Below are positions 29,194-39,737 of a stretch of DNA of 64,000 nt, in pieces. Position numbers and translations under genes: made by a program. The stretch's first letter is position 1; each line of letters starts with the position of its first letter. Origin of the DNA: Nitrospinales bacterium (GTDB lineage Bacteria; Nitrospinota; Nitrospinia; Nitrospinales; VA-1). The notes beneath the pieces were generated by a model, which searched no databases, was not told where the DNA came from, and saw nothing but the letters and a program-made list of their open reading frames with translations. The stretch lies in NCBI GenBank assembly GCA_965205835.1, contig OZ242182.1:1935246-1999245 (forward strand), in the 5' to 3' direction.

Positions 29194-29706
29194 ATGGCTT
29201 TGCTGGAAATTAAGAACTGCCTCGACCCTGTTTTAAGGAAAATATGCCTGCCCATCGATAATATTGATGAGGAGCTGGTCACCCTTGCAGGAAATATGGT
29301 GGAAACCACCCTCGCCGCTCCAGGGGTCGGGCTTGCCGCCAACCAGATTGGGTTGCCGCGTCGCTTGTTTGTGGTCAACATCGGCGCCGAAACCAATAAA
29401 GAAAACCTGGTGGCCGTGGTCAATCCGGAAATCACGTCTATGGAAGGCAGTGAACTCGGGGAAGAAGGTTGCCTGAGTATTCCCGATGTGATGGCAGAAA
29501 TAACCCGGGCCAGCCAAATTGAAATCAAGGGCTACGATCTCAATGGAAACCAAGTTCGCTATGAAGCCAAAGGGTACCTGGCGCGAGCCTTTCAACATGA
29601 AATGGATCATTTAAACGGCGTTCTTTTTTGGGACAGCCTGGGAAAAGTAAAACGGGACATTCTAAAACGAAAATTCAAAAAGAAAATCAAAGAGCAGGAT
29701 GCATGA
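29194..29706 (+). CDS. def: peptide deformylase
   Basis: 170-aa ORF with motifs GVGLAANQIG, EGCLSIP and QHEMDHLNG. Confidence 0.95.
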   Translation: MALLEIKNCLDPVLRKICLPIDNIDEELVTLAGNMVETTLAAPGVGLAANQIGLPRRLFVVNIGAETNKENLVAVVNPEITSMEGSELGEEGCLSIPDVMAEITRASQIEIKGYDLNGNQVRYEAKGYLARAFQHEMDHLNGVLFWDSLGKVKRDILKRKFKKKIKEQDA

Positions 29707-30650
29707 ATATTGTGTTTATGGGAACGCCGGAATTCGCGCTTCCAACCCTCAAGGCCCTGCACCATTCTTCACATTCCGTACTAACCGTCATCACCCAGCC
29801 CGATAAGCCAAAGGGCCGGGGACAGAAACTTCTTGTTTCCCCAATCAAACAGTATGCGTTGGACTCTAACCTTCCCATACTGCAACCTGAAACGGTGAAT
29901 GACCCGGAATTTATCGAGTCATTAAAGAAAAATCGACCAGATATAATTATCGTGGTCGCTTTCGGACAAATATTGAGTGAGACCTTTCTTGAAGTTCCCA
30001 GGCAGTTCTGTATTAACCTGCATTCCTCGCTTTTACCTAAATACCGAGGGGCGGCTCCCATCCATCGGTCCATTCTTAACGGCGATACCAAATCGGGAGT
30101 AACCACTATGATTATGGATAAAGGCATGGATACCGGAGACATCTTGCTCATGCGGGAAACCCCTATTCATGCGACCGATAACGCGCAAACCCTGCATGAC
30201 ACCTTGTCGGAAATGGGAGGAACCCTGGTACTGGAGACCCTCAAGAGGCTTGAAGAAAATACGCTGCTGCCTGTCCCACAAGACCACAACCAAGCTACGT
30301 ACGCAGCCAAACTGAAAAAAGAAGAAGGCCTGATCAAATGGGAGCAGTCTGCCACCACTCTTTCGAATCAGGTCCGGGGCCTGACCCCATGGCCGGGAAC
30401 CTTCACTTTGCTAAACAACAAACGATTACGAATATTAAAAGTTCAAACCGCTGAAGGAGTTCCTGATGACATACCAGGCAAGGTCGCCCGAGTTACCAAT
30501 ATGGGCATTGAGGTGGGCACCGGGCTGGGACGACTGGTCATCACTGAACTGCAACCAGAAGGCAAAAAAAGTATGTCGACTAAAAGTTTTCTAGCTGGCA
30601 ATAAAGTTGAACGAGGAACTCTGTTTGATCCGGTTCCAAGTCCATCATAA
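29703..30650 (+). CDS. fmt: methionyl-tRNA formyltransferase
   Basis: The ATG at 29703 overlaps the def stop (ATGA). The protein starts [16 protein letters not shown] and contains [14 protein letters not shown]. The ORF-track start at 29628 is an upstream extension inside def. Confidence 0.93.
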   Translation: MNIVFMGTPEFALPTLKALHHSSHSVLTVITQPDKPKGRGQKLLVSPIKQYALDSNLPILQPETVNDPEFIESLKKNRPDIIIVVAFGQILSETFLEVPRQFCINLHSSLLPKYRGAAPIHRSILNGDTKSGVTTMIMDKGMDTGDILLMRETPIHATDNAQTLHDTLSEMGGTLVLETLKRLEENTLLPVPQDHNQATYAAKLKKEEGLIKWEQSATTLSNQVRGLTPWPGTFTLLNNKRLRILKVQTAEGVPDDIPGKVARVTNMGIEVGTGLGRLVITELQPEGKKSMSTKSFLAGNKVERGTLFDPVPSPS

Positions 30651-30657
30651 GGTGAGT

Positions 30658-31593
30658 ATGCCAAGAACATTAGTCACAGGCGGCGCAGGTTTTCTGGGTT
30701 CGCACTTGTGCGAATACTTGCTCAATAAAGGCCATGAAGTGGTCTGCATGGATAATCTTATCACTGGCTCCCGAGATAATATATCCGGTTTCAAAAGCGA
30801 GAAGTTTAAATTTGTGGAGCACAATGTTTCCGAATATATCAATCTGGAAGGCGAGGTGGATTATATTCTTCATTTCGCGTCCCCTGCCAGCCCTATTGAC
30901 TATTTGGAGCTTCCCATTCAAACTCTCAAAGTCGGCGCGCTGGGTACACATAATGCACTCGGTCTGGCAAAATCCAAAAATGCCACTTTTCTTCTTGCTT
31001 CCACCTCTGAAGTTTATGGAGACCCTTTGGTCCACCCGCAACCGGAAGAGTATTGGGGAAACGTGAACCCCATTGGCCCACGCGGTGTTTATGACGAAGC
31101 CAAACGGTTTGCCGAAGCCATCACCATGGCTTACCACAGGACGCACGCGGTCAACACCAAGATCGTCCGTATTTTTAATACCTATGGACCTCGCATGCGG
31201 ATCAATGACGGTCGGGCCATTCCTAATTTTATGAAACAGGCTCTCACGGGAAAAGATTTAACGGTCTACGGGGAAGGCTCACAGACACGAAGTTTCTGTT
31301 TTATATCGGATCTGGTTGAAGGCCTCTATCGCCTACTGATGTCAGACCAGAATTATCCTGTCAATATTGGCAACCCAAATGAAATGACAGTTAAAGAAAT
31401 GGCCGATAAAATTTTGCGCGCAACCCACAGCGAGAGTAAGATTATCTACGTTCCCTTACCAGAAGATGGGCCAAAAATCCGGCAACCCGATATCACCCGT
31501 GCCAGAAAACATCTAAACTGGGAACCTGTAGTCAGTTCGGACGAGGGTTTGCAATCGACTTTGAAATATTTTAAGGAACAGCTGAAAACCTGA
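30658..31593 (+). CDS. UDP-glucuronate decarboxylase (SDR family)
   Basis: The ATG at 30658 ([17 protein letters not shown]) is preferred. It has catalytic YDEAKR and is similar throughout to UXS-type decarboxylases. Confidence 0.85.
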   Translation: MPRTLVTGGAGFLGSHLCEYLLNKGHEVVCMDNLITGSRDNISGFKSEKFKFVEHNVSEYINLEGEVDYILHFASPASPIDYLELPIQTLKVGALGTHNALGLAKSKNATFLLASTSEVYGDPLVHPQPEEYWGNVNPIGPRGVYDEAKRFAEAITMAYHRTHAVNTKIVRIFNTYGPRMRINDGRAIPNFMKQALTGKDLTVYGEGSQTRSFCFISDLVEGLYRLLMSDQNYPVNIGNPNEMTVKEMADKILRATHSESKIIYVPLPEDGPKIRQPDITRARKHLNWEPVVSSDEGLQSTLKYFKEQLKT

Positions 31594-31609
31594 AATCCGA
31601 GATGTTATC

Positions 31610-32308
31610 ATGCCGGTAAAAAACAAGTCCGCGATAAAGTACTGGCCGGAAGATGAGCGCCCACGTGAAAGATTGATCAAGTATGGAAGTAACACCTTGT
31701 CAGACGCACATCTGCTGGGAATCCTCATCGGGTCCGGGGATCGACGCGCAAAAAAAAATGCGGTGGACTTGAGCCGGGATTTGCTTGGCGTGTTTGGTGC
31801 CTTGGAAAATCTGGATCAGGCAACGGTCACCGAAATATGTCAGGTAAAAGGCATCGGTGCCGCCAAAGCGGCGCAAATCAAAGCCGCGTTGGAATTGGGA
31901 AAGCGCATGGCTTCAAAACCAACAGGCATGAAGATCAAATTAAAATCCAGCCATCATTTTGTGGAACAGTTTTCCCCTTTTTTAAAAAATCTAAAAAAGG
32001 AAATTGTAAAGATCGTACTCTTGGATCCCAAGCTGCAACTTATTAAAGACCTGACTATTTCGGAAGGAAGTTTAAATGCCAGCATTGTCCACCCCAGAGA
32101 GGTCATGATCCCGGCGATCCGGGAATCCGCGGCATCCTTCGCCTTAATCCATAATCATCCAAGCGGGGACCCCACTCCCAGCCAGAAAGACTTTGAAATC
32201 ACCCACCGGCTCAACCAAACCGCGAAAATTGTGGGAATTCATATGGTCGACCACATTATTATCGGTGGCAATGGGTTTTTTAGTTTCGCCGATGAAGGCT
32301 TGCTGTAG
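31610..32308 (+). CDS. radC: RadC-family JAB-domain protein
   Basis: 232-aa ORF with a helix-hairpin-helix region (VKGIGAAKAAQIKAALELG) and the JAMM motif HNHPSGDPTPS. Confidence 0.9.
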   Translation: MPVKNKSAIKYWPEDERPRERLIKYGSNTLSDAHLLGILIGSGDRRAKKNAVDLSRDLLGVFGALENLDQATVTEICQVKGIGAAKAAQIKAALELGKRMASKPTGMKIKLKSSHHFVEQFSPFLKNLKKEIVKIVLLDPKLQLIKDLTISEGSLNASIVHPREVMIPAIRESAASFALIHNHPSGDPTPSQKDFEITHRLNQTAKIVGIHMVDHIIIGGNGFFSFADEGLL

Positions 32309-32368
32309 AATAGCACCTGCACAATGTGAGGTGTTTTACGAATTAATTTTTTAGTGCCACGGAGACCT

Positions 32369-32929
32369 ATGCAACGCGTGAAAGATTTTCTTTATTCCAG
32401 CGCCGATTTGAAAAAAAAAGTCGCCGATACCCTTTCGCGAGATATTCTGGAAGCCACAAACCGCGTCAAATCCTGCCTTGATAAAGGAGGGAAACTGATA
32501 TTAATGGGCAACGGAGGAAGCGCGGCCGACTGCCAGCATATCGCCGCGGAATTGGTCGGGAGATTCAAAAAAGAACGCCGAGCCATGCCCGCAATCGCCC
32601 TCACGGTCGACACCTCTTCATTAACTGCCCTGGGAAATGATTATGGTTTTGACACAATTTTTGAAAGACAACTCGAAGCCATGGCTCAGGCAAACGACGC
32701 CGTGGTGGGAATCAGTACCAGCGGCAACTCGGAAAATGTTGTGAGAGGCTTGGAAAAAGCCAATGCCCTCGGTGCGGAGACCATTGGACTGGTGGGCAAC
32801 AATGGAGGTAAAATAAAAGAAGTCGCGAACTTATCTATTGTCGTTCCTTCCAACGATACGGCGAGAATTCAGGAAGTGCATATCACCATCGGGCATATCA
32901 TTTGTGAACTTATTGAAGAAGATTTGTAA
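32369..32929 (+). CDS. gmhA: D-sedoheptulose-7-phosphate isomerase
   Basis: SIS domain with GNGGSAADCQHIAAEL. The ATG at 32369 is preferred over the GTG at 32354. The stop abuts the hldE ATG (TAAATG). Confidence 0.9.
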   Translation: MQRVKDFLYSSADLKKKVADTLSRDILEATNRVKSCLDKGGKLILMGNGGSAADCQHIAAELVGRFKKERRAMPAIALTVDTSSLTALGNDYGFDTIFERQLEAMAQANDAVVGISTSGNSENVVRGLEKANALGAETIGLVGNNGGKIKEVANLSIVVPSNDTARIQEVHITIGHIICELIEEDL

Positions 32930-34405
32930 ATGAAGGAAAAGTTTAAATATTTTTTCAACAGCAGTGATCGGCCAAAAGTCCTCGTTGTCGGCGATTTGAT
33001 ACTGGATGAATACATCTGGGGAGGAGTGCATCGCGTCTCTCCCGAAGCTCCCGTTCCCATTCTGGAAACGCGCTCCGAAAACCTGGCTTTAGGCGGGGCC
33101 GCCAATGTCGCTAATAACCTTGTGGGCCTCGGATGCGAAGTCCATCTTTGCGGTGCCATTGGACGCGATGAAAAAGGCGATAAACTTTTACGAACCATCC
33201 ATGACCGCTCTATCCAAACGGAAGGAGTTTTTCGGTTCGTCCATCGCCCCACGACTTCCAAAATGAGGATCATTGCCCATAACCAGCAAGTTTTGCGGAT
33301 CGACAAGGAAGACAACCGTCCCATCACCGAAAAAACTGAAAAAAAGTTGATTCAATATATCAATCAGGCTATTCCTAGAATAGATGGGATTATCTGCTCC
33401 GACTACCATAAAGGCATTCTGACCGAAAAAGTCATAAAAGCAATTATGCGCCGCGCTCAGAAATCTAAAAAACCCGTCATCGTCGACCCTAAAAGTGCGG
33501 ATTTCGCCCTGTACAAAGGCGCCACCGTCATTACCCCTAATTTAAGTGAGGTCGCTCGCTCAGTTCCTATCAAGATCAAGGATAAGGATGAAGAAGACCT
33601 GGGCCGGGCCGCTGAATACCTTTTGAATCTGACGAAGACACAGGCCATCCTCATCACACAAGGGAAGGACGGCATGTCGCTATATCAAAGCAAGGAAAAA
33701 CTCATATCCATCCCCACCGTAGCCAAAGAAGTTTTTGACGTTACCGGTGCCGGAGACACGGTCATCAGCGTCTTTGGTATGGCAGTGTTTGTAGGTTTCA
33801 ATTTTGAGGAAGCCGCGTGGCTCTCAAATATGGCCGCCAGTGTTGTTGTCGGAAAAGTGGGGACCGCTGTCGTAACTTTGGAGGAAATTAACGAATTTCT
33901 GCACGAAGAAATGTTGCGCACCTCTCATACCGTTCTTGGGCTCGAAGAGTTGAAAAAAATCATCAGCCTTGCAAAGAGCACAGAAAAAAAGGTGGTGTTC
34001 ACCAATGGTTGTTTCGACATTATCCACGAGGGACATATCGAGTTCCTGCAAAAAGCAAAAGCCATGGGGGATATTCTCGTAGTCGGACTCAATACTGACC
34101 AGTCCGTTAAAAAGTTAAAAGGAGAGAACCGGCCCATTAAATCTGAAAAAGAACGCGCCAATATCCTTTCGGCTTTAAAATATATCGACTACATCACCTT
34201 GTTTGACGAAACCACTCCCGAAAAACTCATCCGGGAAATAAGGCCTGATATCCTGGTGAAAGGAGATGACTATAAAATCGATGACGTTGTCGGCCGGGAA
34301 ATCGTTGAAGGCTACGGGGCAAAAGTTGAGTTCATTCCCATTGTCCAGGGCCATTCCACCACACAAACCCTGAAAAGAATCCTGGAAAAATACAAAGCGA
34401 GTTGA
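32930..34405 (+). CDS. hldE: bifunctional D-beta-D-heptose 7-phosphate kinase / heptose 1-phosphate adenylyltransferase
   Basis: 491-aa ORF with an N-terminal ribokinase-like domain (DVTGAGDT) and a C-terminal cytidylyltransferase domain (FTNGCFDIIHEGH). Confidence 0.93.
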   Translation: MKEKFKYFFNSSDRPKVLVVGDLILDEYIWGGVHRVSPEAPVPILETRSENLALGGAANVANNLVGLGCEVHLCGAIGRDEKGDKLLRTIHDRSIQTEGVFRFVHRPTTSKMRIIAHNQQVLRIDKEDNRPITEKTEKKLIQYINQAIPRIDGIICSDYHKGILTEKVIKAIMRRAQKSKKPVIVDPKSADFALYKGATVITPNLSEVARSVPIKIKDKDEEDLGRAAEYLLNLTKTQAILITQGKDGMSLYQSKEKLISIPTVAKEVFDVTGAGDTVISVFGMAVFVGFNFEEAAWLSNMAASVVVGKVGTAVVTLEEINEFLHEEMLRTSHTVLGLEELKKIISLAKSTEKKVVFTNGCFDIIHEGHIEFLQKAKAMGDILVVGLNTDQSVKKLKGENRPIKSEKERANILSALKYIDYITLFDETTPEKLIREIRPDILVKGDDYKIDDVVGREIVEGYGAKVEFIPIVQGHSTTQTLKRILEKYKAS

Positions 34406-34435
34406 TACCCCACCACAGTCTCCAAAAAATTGCGT

Positions 34436-35404
34436 CTACTCAAGATGCTTGTCAGGAATCAGGTAATTTTTGACGTAATCTGAAATCCCTTCCTCTAAAG
34501 AGGTGATCGTTTCCGCGTATCCTACTGAGCGAATTTTCTCCATTTCAGCACAGGTGTGATACTGATATTGATTTCGGATGGATTCTGGCATCTCTATATA
34601 TTTAATATTCACTTTTTTATTCATCGCCTGGAAAACTGCGGAAGCCAGGTCATTCCAGTTTCTCGCCCTGCCCGACGCGACATTAAAGATTCCCCCAATT
34701 TCCTTTTGCTCCAGAAAAAACAGGGTCATCGCCACCGCGTCGCGCACATATAAAAAATCTCTTTCCTGCCCTCCATCGCCATATTGAGGCTTGCGAGATT
34801 TAAAAAGATTCAGAGCACCCACATCGCGCGCCTGTAAAAATCCCTTGCGGACCATGCTCTGCATTTCTCCTTTATGGTATTCATTCGGACCAAATACGTT
34901 AAAATATTTCAGCCCCACGATGGTCTTCAGCACTCCCACCTCTTTGGCCCACAGGTCAAACCATTGTTTGCTGGCCCCATAAAGATTGAGAGGAGCCAAC
35001 GTTTCCAGCAGGGATTCGTCATCAGAATACCCGTTTTCTCCCGCCCCATAAGTTGCGGCACTTGAAGCATAAATAAAACGCACATCCTTTTTCAGGCAGA
35101 ATTGAGCAAGGGATCGCGTGTACTCAAAATTATTTTCCCGCAGATAGGCTTCATGGGTCTCCGTCGTGGATGAGCAAGCTCCCATATGCAAAATCGCTGA
35201 ACACGCTGGAAGATTTAGCCCCACGACCTCCCGCAAAAATTCATCCTTACCCATCCATCGCGAATAGGTGAGAGCATCGAGGTTCTTCTGTTTTTCAGGG
35301 TGGTCTATATCATCCACCACCCAGATATCCTCAACCTCTTTCTGATTAAGCCCGTGCACCAGAGCACTGCCGATGAATCCTGCTCCTCCCGTAACGACGA
35401 TCAT
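34436..35404 (-). CDS. hldD: ADP-L-glycero-D-manno-heptose 6-epimerase
   Basis: 322-aa ORF starting MIVVTGGAGFIGSALV, SDR fold, convergent with gmhA-hldE. Confidence 0.9.
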   Translation of the reverse strand: MIVVTGGAGFIGSALVHGLNQKEVEDIWVVDDIDHPEKQKNLDALTYSRWMGKDEFLREVVGLNLPACSAILHMGACSSTTETHEAYLRENNFEYTRSLAQFCLKKDVRFIYASSAATYGAGENGYSDDESLLETLAPLNLYGASKQWFDLWAKEVGVLKTIVGLKYFNVFGPNEYHKGEMQSMVRKGFLQARDVGALNLFKSRKPQYGDGGQERDFLYVRDAVAMTLFFLEQKEIGGIFNVASGRARNWNDLASAVFQAMNKKVNIKYIEMPESIRNQYQYHTCAEMEKIRSVGYAETITSLEEGISDYVKNYLIPDKHLE

Positions 35405-35637
35405 TTCTTTTCCACCTCTGATTCATCAATTCGATGAACCCCTATTGTTAAATAGAGCTTTTGCATAACCCATCATTACGACCACCCAGAATAACAAAAC
35501 GAACTCCAGTTGCCATCGTGACAAACCAGAGCAATCGGAGGTGCTGGCGTTACGAATAATGAAATATTGTCAAAGTCTGGATCGCCGCTCTCCCCCGGGT
35601 CGCTCGCGATGACGCGCGGTGAGACGGCTTTTCTATT

Positions 35638-38156
35638 TTATACCTTCTCTTCCAACGACCCTGGAATTTTCCGAAAGCTGGCAACAAGTCCATCAAAAGA
35701 CTTCGGTTTATATTTCCTGAAACCCTCCTCGTCCACATATACGAAGTCGTATATTACGCCTGTCCGCACCTTATTAACGTCTTCGCACCACTGCTTAAGC
35801 CGTTCCATCTTGGGCGGCAAATTCCAACTCTAAATGACTATCACCAACAATTTTGTTAAAAATACTTTTTTGGGGAACAATGTAATCCTGTTCCTTGACG
35901 ACAAAGGGTCGGGTTTTTCTCAACTTAATGGTGTCTCGAATTTCAGCACCGCCCCTATCCTGAACCATCAAGTCGTTGATCTGCCTTTTGAAAGTTTCTA
36001 TCAAGGTTTTAGTAGCCTGCAACTCAGACAAGTTTCGCAGGGTGTTGAGATTTTCAAGATCAACCGGCTTTTCAAATAATTCATCATGGATAAACGATTT
36101 TACTTTCCCATACAAAACATCATAGCCACTGACCAGCCTCAACTCTTTCATAATACCTTGGGTGAAATACCCCACAACCGAATGGTAATCCGCAACCTCT
36201 CCAGAATCCAGCAGGGTGGTATGGCTGATTTTACCTGTAGTAATGTCCCGGAATACTATTTCACGTTGCTCTTCCGCACTGAACGTTTTGTAGCCAACCT
36301 TTTCATGACCAAAATTCCCAATATCAAGGCCATCCAGGTTTTTATAATCTCGATAAATCCTTGGGCTTAGAACAGGAATTTCAATGGCAAGTTTTTCCAT
36401 ATCCTTGCTTGTGTTTTCATTATCTACTTCAATAATAATCGGCGTTTTGGGTTTAGTTCCTCCGCCCATTGGCTCGCGCTCAAGTTCAACACCTTCAGAC
36501 TGAATGGATTCCACAAAATCCATAAACGCGTCAGTCCCCACCACGCTGACATATTCCTCTACATTGTTACCGGGATACATTTTCCTAAGACCCCGGCCCA
36601 AAGTTTGCTCCGGCAAAATATTGCTTTGAGCAACATAAGCACGCAGTCCTACAATAGTGGTAACATTCTTCACATCCCAACCTTCTTTGAGCATTAATAC
36701 TGAGACGATGGCTTTGTAAGGGTTGTCCCAGATATCAATCTCATTAGCTTGTTTGCGTAGCTTTTCCAACTCATCCTTATTTTTTCCGGTCGTCGCTTCG
36801 CTGATTTCACCGTTGTTTTTAGTGTGAATCACCAGCACGGCATCTTTTAAATCAGGACAGGTTGCCTCAAGATATTCAGCCACATCGTCACAGTTCTTTG
36901 TGTCGTCCGTCATGACAAAGAGAATAGCTTTCTTATCCAGCTTTTCATGTTCCACATAGGCTTTGCGCCATTCCTCAACACCCAAGTTCAGGTAGTCCGC
37001 ATATTTCTCCGTATATCCGGAGCTTTGCCGCTCGGAAAGCCTGGCGCGGCTAGCAGCGTCTGGCAAAACCGGATGCTTGACAACGTTCTGAGAAATGGCT
37101 TCTACCAGCGGATAATCCGAAACCGTCTGGACAAAGATCGCACCGTTGTTGTGCCTAGGTGTTGCCGTTACATCCACCTGTAAAGATAGAAACCTGTCTT
37201 TGTGTTTCAAACGATTATGAATATCCTCAATCGACTTGAACCACGCCATGCGACTGTCATGGATATGATGCGCTTCATCATTGAGTATAACCAAGCTCAT
37301 CAATATCGCGAACAATATCTCCCAGATCGACCTTGGAGTCCGTAGTCGCTCCCGTGGGACGCTTGCCCAGAAAGTAGTCCGCTGTGTCGTCATCATCGAA
37401 AGACGGCTCAACATCATTGCCGGAATAAATCCGTTGGATATTGGTCAGGAAAATATTACCGGTCTTTCGGGCAACCGCTACATCATCCTGAATATGCAGA
37501 GTCAGTTGAAAATCATCACGCCAGTTACGGCCTTCAAAACCGTTATCCGGCAATACCGGGTCGTCAAAGAAAATACGCAATCCGCCAAAATCCTTACGAA
37601 TCCGGTCCAGGACGATGATATTAGGAGCAATCACCAGGAAATTACGCGCCAGTTCAGAACCTTCCTCATAGAGCTTATGGAAATAACACCATGCCAGGAT
37701 GAGGCTCAAGACCTTGGTCTTGCCGGAGCCGGTTGCCATCTTGAGAACAAGCCGGAGCCAGTCCTCATCAAACATACCGGAAGATATGGCACCAGAGCTA
37801 TCAAAACGTATAAGGTCGTATTTATCCTTGGCCTTGGCAACATCGTAAAGATAGATGACCGTTTCCACCGCTTCACGCTGGGCGAAATAATATTGAAAGC
37901 CTGCCATCGTGCCGTCTGACTTTGGCAACAAGTGCTCCGCCTTAAACCACCACTCCAAAAGAGTAATGCTGGTAGCCGTTGCCCCTTCATAGCCACTTTC
38001 CCGCCAATCCATTACCTTTTTACGCAGTTCATTTACAAGAGGTGGTAATAACTTCTCATAGCTCGATTTCCGCAAAACCTCATCGGCAGGAAACCACCGA
38101 GTTTTCGGGTCAAGCATAACGTGGGGAGAATCAGGAAAGTCAGGATGCAGGGCCAT
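35638..38156 (-). pseudogene. res: type III restriction Res-like helicase subunit, disrupted (locus 1)
   Basis: Three consecutive ORF pieces. Piece 1 is 37278..38156 (Walker A MATGSGKT). Piece 2 is 35795..37417 (DEAH box LNDEAHHIHD). Piece 3 is 35638..35820 (C-terminal tail ...KMERLKQWCEDVN...). The pieces are joined by a 1-nt frameshift near 37291-37292 and a second frame change near 35800-35820. Confidence 0.7.
38015..38156. repeat. 142-bp direct repeat, copy A (functional 5' end of res)
   Basis: Aligns without gaps to 39046-39187 at an offset of 1031 nt, with 4 mismatches, all transitions. Confidence 0.95.
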
Positions 38157-38165
38157 TGCGAAATA

Positions 38166-38585
38166 CTATTTAGGCAGGACGGTGGCAACCAGTATGCCAG
38201 TGAATTCAATCAAGTCGTCAGCATGTTTTTTAATCACCATCTCTACTTGTTTGCAATCAATATCCCGATACTGGTGAGTGACGATATTTCTAAATCCCAC
38301 CATGCCTATTAACTTTTTTTCCAGCTCGGCGTCTATGATGTTCGCTTGCCGGAGCAGGGTAAAACTCTCGGCACTTGTGGGCGGCAATCCTAATTTTTTC
38401 AAGCGAATCACATGATTCGCCATGTCAATACACTGCTCACAGGCTCTTTGCAAATTAACGATAATCGCATCCTGCTTATAAAAATCATCGGCGAAGGTTT
38501 TTTGCGATGGCATGGTGTAATAATCCCGCGCTTGCTTTATACACCGTTCTACGCTGGCTTTTTTCTGTAAGAGAATGTCAGACAT
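38166..38585 (-). CDS. hepT: HepT (DUF86, HEPN) toxin
   Basis: 139-aa ORF with the Rx4HxY motif in FRNIVTHQY. It overlaps the upstream MNT gene by 8 nt. Confidence 0.88.
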   Translation of the reverse strand: MSDILLQKKASVERCIKQARDYYTMPSQKTFADDFYKQDAIIVNLQRACEQCIDMANHVIRLKKLGLPPTSAESFTLLRQANIIDAELEKKLIGMVGFRNIVTHQYRDIDCKQVEMVIKKHADDLIEFTGILVATVLPK

Positions 38586-39027
38586 CGTAAAATCTACCGT
38601 CTCTCAAACCGCTTTCAACGATTTCCCTGCGCTCATCGTTCAGTTTTTGATAAAAGGACAGTATCAACATTTCAAACTCATCAGCTGCGTACTTATCGGC
38701 ACAGTAAATACGCCGGTCGGCGGCGATAACTTCCTTACATAGAAGCACCGAAACCGTACGCAGTTCAATCAAATCGGCATATTCTACCTTTGCCGCCGCC
38801 GCGACCTCGTCCGAGAGGCGTGACCACGTCAGGCGGTCAAGAGAGTGCACCGTTGCGGGCGGGAGTAGTACGGCGATGTCCAGGTCGCTGTCCTGACGCT
38901 GACCTTCCGTTCCCCAAGTGCCGTAGAGATAGATGGCCTGGGTATCCGGGTAGGCAGCAAGGATGGGTTGGGCAAAATTAAGTTGAGCCGCCCCATCCAT
39001 TATCTGTCGGCTCGTTTGCTTAAGCAT
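38578..39027 (-). CDS. mntA: MNT-type nucleotidyltransferase antitoxin
   Basis: GTWGTEGQRQDSDLDIAV matches the GSx10DxD-type NTase motif. The ATG at 39027 (MLKQTS...), which has an upstream GGAAAGGGG, is preferred. The ORF-track start at 39063 lies inside the duplicated res fragment. Confidence 0.85.
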   Translation of the reverse strand: MLKQTSRQIMDGAAQLNFAQPILAAYPDTQAIYLYGTWGTEGQRQDSDLDIAVLLPPATVHSLDRLTWSRLSDEVAAAAKVEYADLIELRTVSVLLCKEVIAADRRIYCADKYAADEFEMLILSFYQKLNDERREIVESGLRDGRFYDV

Positions 39028-39045
39028 CGGACTGATTACCCCTTT

Positions 39046-39187
39046 CCTTTTTACGCAGTTCATTTACAAGAGGTGGTAATAACTTCTCATAGCTCGATTT
39101 CCGCAAAACCTCATCGGCAGGAAACCATCGAATTTTCGGGTCAAGCATAACGTGGGGAGAATCAGGAAAGTCAGAATGTAGGGCCAT
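39046..39187. repeat. 142-bp direct repeat, copy B (orphan duplicate of the res 5' end)
   Basis: About 97% identical to 38015-38156. It retains the res ATG (39187-39185) but would encode only about 53 aa before a stop. Confidence 0.95.
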
Positions 39188-39737
39188 AAGCTAACCTAAT
39201 AGTTTTTTTGTACTGAAAACTCTCACCCTTTAGCTGCGACATTCTTTCAGGGGTGTCGTTACAACTTGCATTAGCGGGTTGTTTAGGATTTTGTTTGTTT
39301 ATATTAATCCACCTTATGCTGACAAAATGTGTCTTTTTGATGGCCTTTTGCAGGAAGCGAGGGCGACTAAAAAATTGTTGGCCTATGGCAACACAGTAGT
39401 CTATCACACATCGTGCACCTCGCAGTTGTTTTTTAGCTTTATCGCCACCGCGCTTGGATTTCTTTAACTCGATAAAAATTATTTCCTTTTCATTCACAAC
39501 CACATAGTCCGCACGTTTACATATTCCCTCCTTGTTTCCGCAATTAAGAATCTTCTCAGGCGATGGGAAAAGATCCGCTTTTAATATAAGGGTATTGTCA
39601 GGCAACCCTTTTAGGTCAACAACATACGATGATCCACTTTCTTGTTCTTTGAGTTTTGCTTGTCCGTTGTGTACCGGGACCAGTGCGTCCCCATTCAATA
39701 GTTGTTTCAACAATGTAAAGTCACTTATTATCATCAT
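39171..39737 (-). CDS. small hypothetical protein with PD-(D/E)xK-like motif
   Basis: The ORF track gives 39171..39767. The ATG at 39737 or 39734 is preferred and overlaps the upstream ATPase stop. It contains CKRADYVVVNEKEIIFIELKKSK, a D...E-x-K arrangement like the restriction-endonuclease fold. This is a motif-level inference only. Confidence 0.55.
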   Translation of the reverse strand: MMIISDFTLLKQLLNGDALVPVHNGQAKLKEQESGSSYVVDLKGLPDNTLILKADLFPSPEKILNCGNKEGICKRADYVVVNEKEIIFIELKKSKRGGDKAKKQLRGARCVIDYCVAIGQQFFSRPRFLQKAIKKTHFVSIRWININKQNPKQPANASCNDTPERMSQLKGESFQYKKTIRLAYGPTF

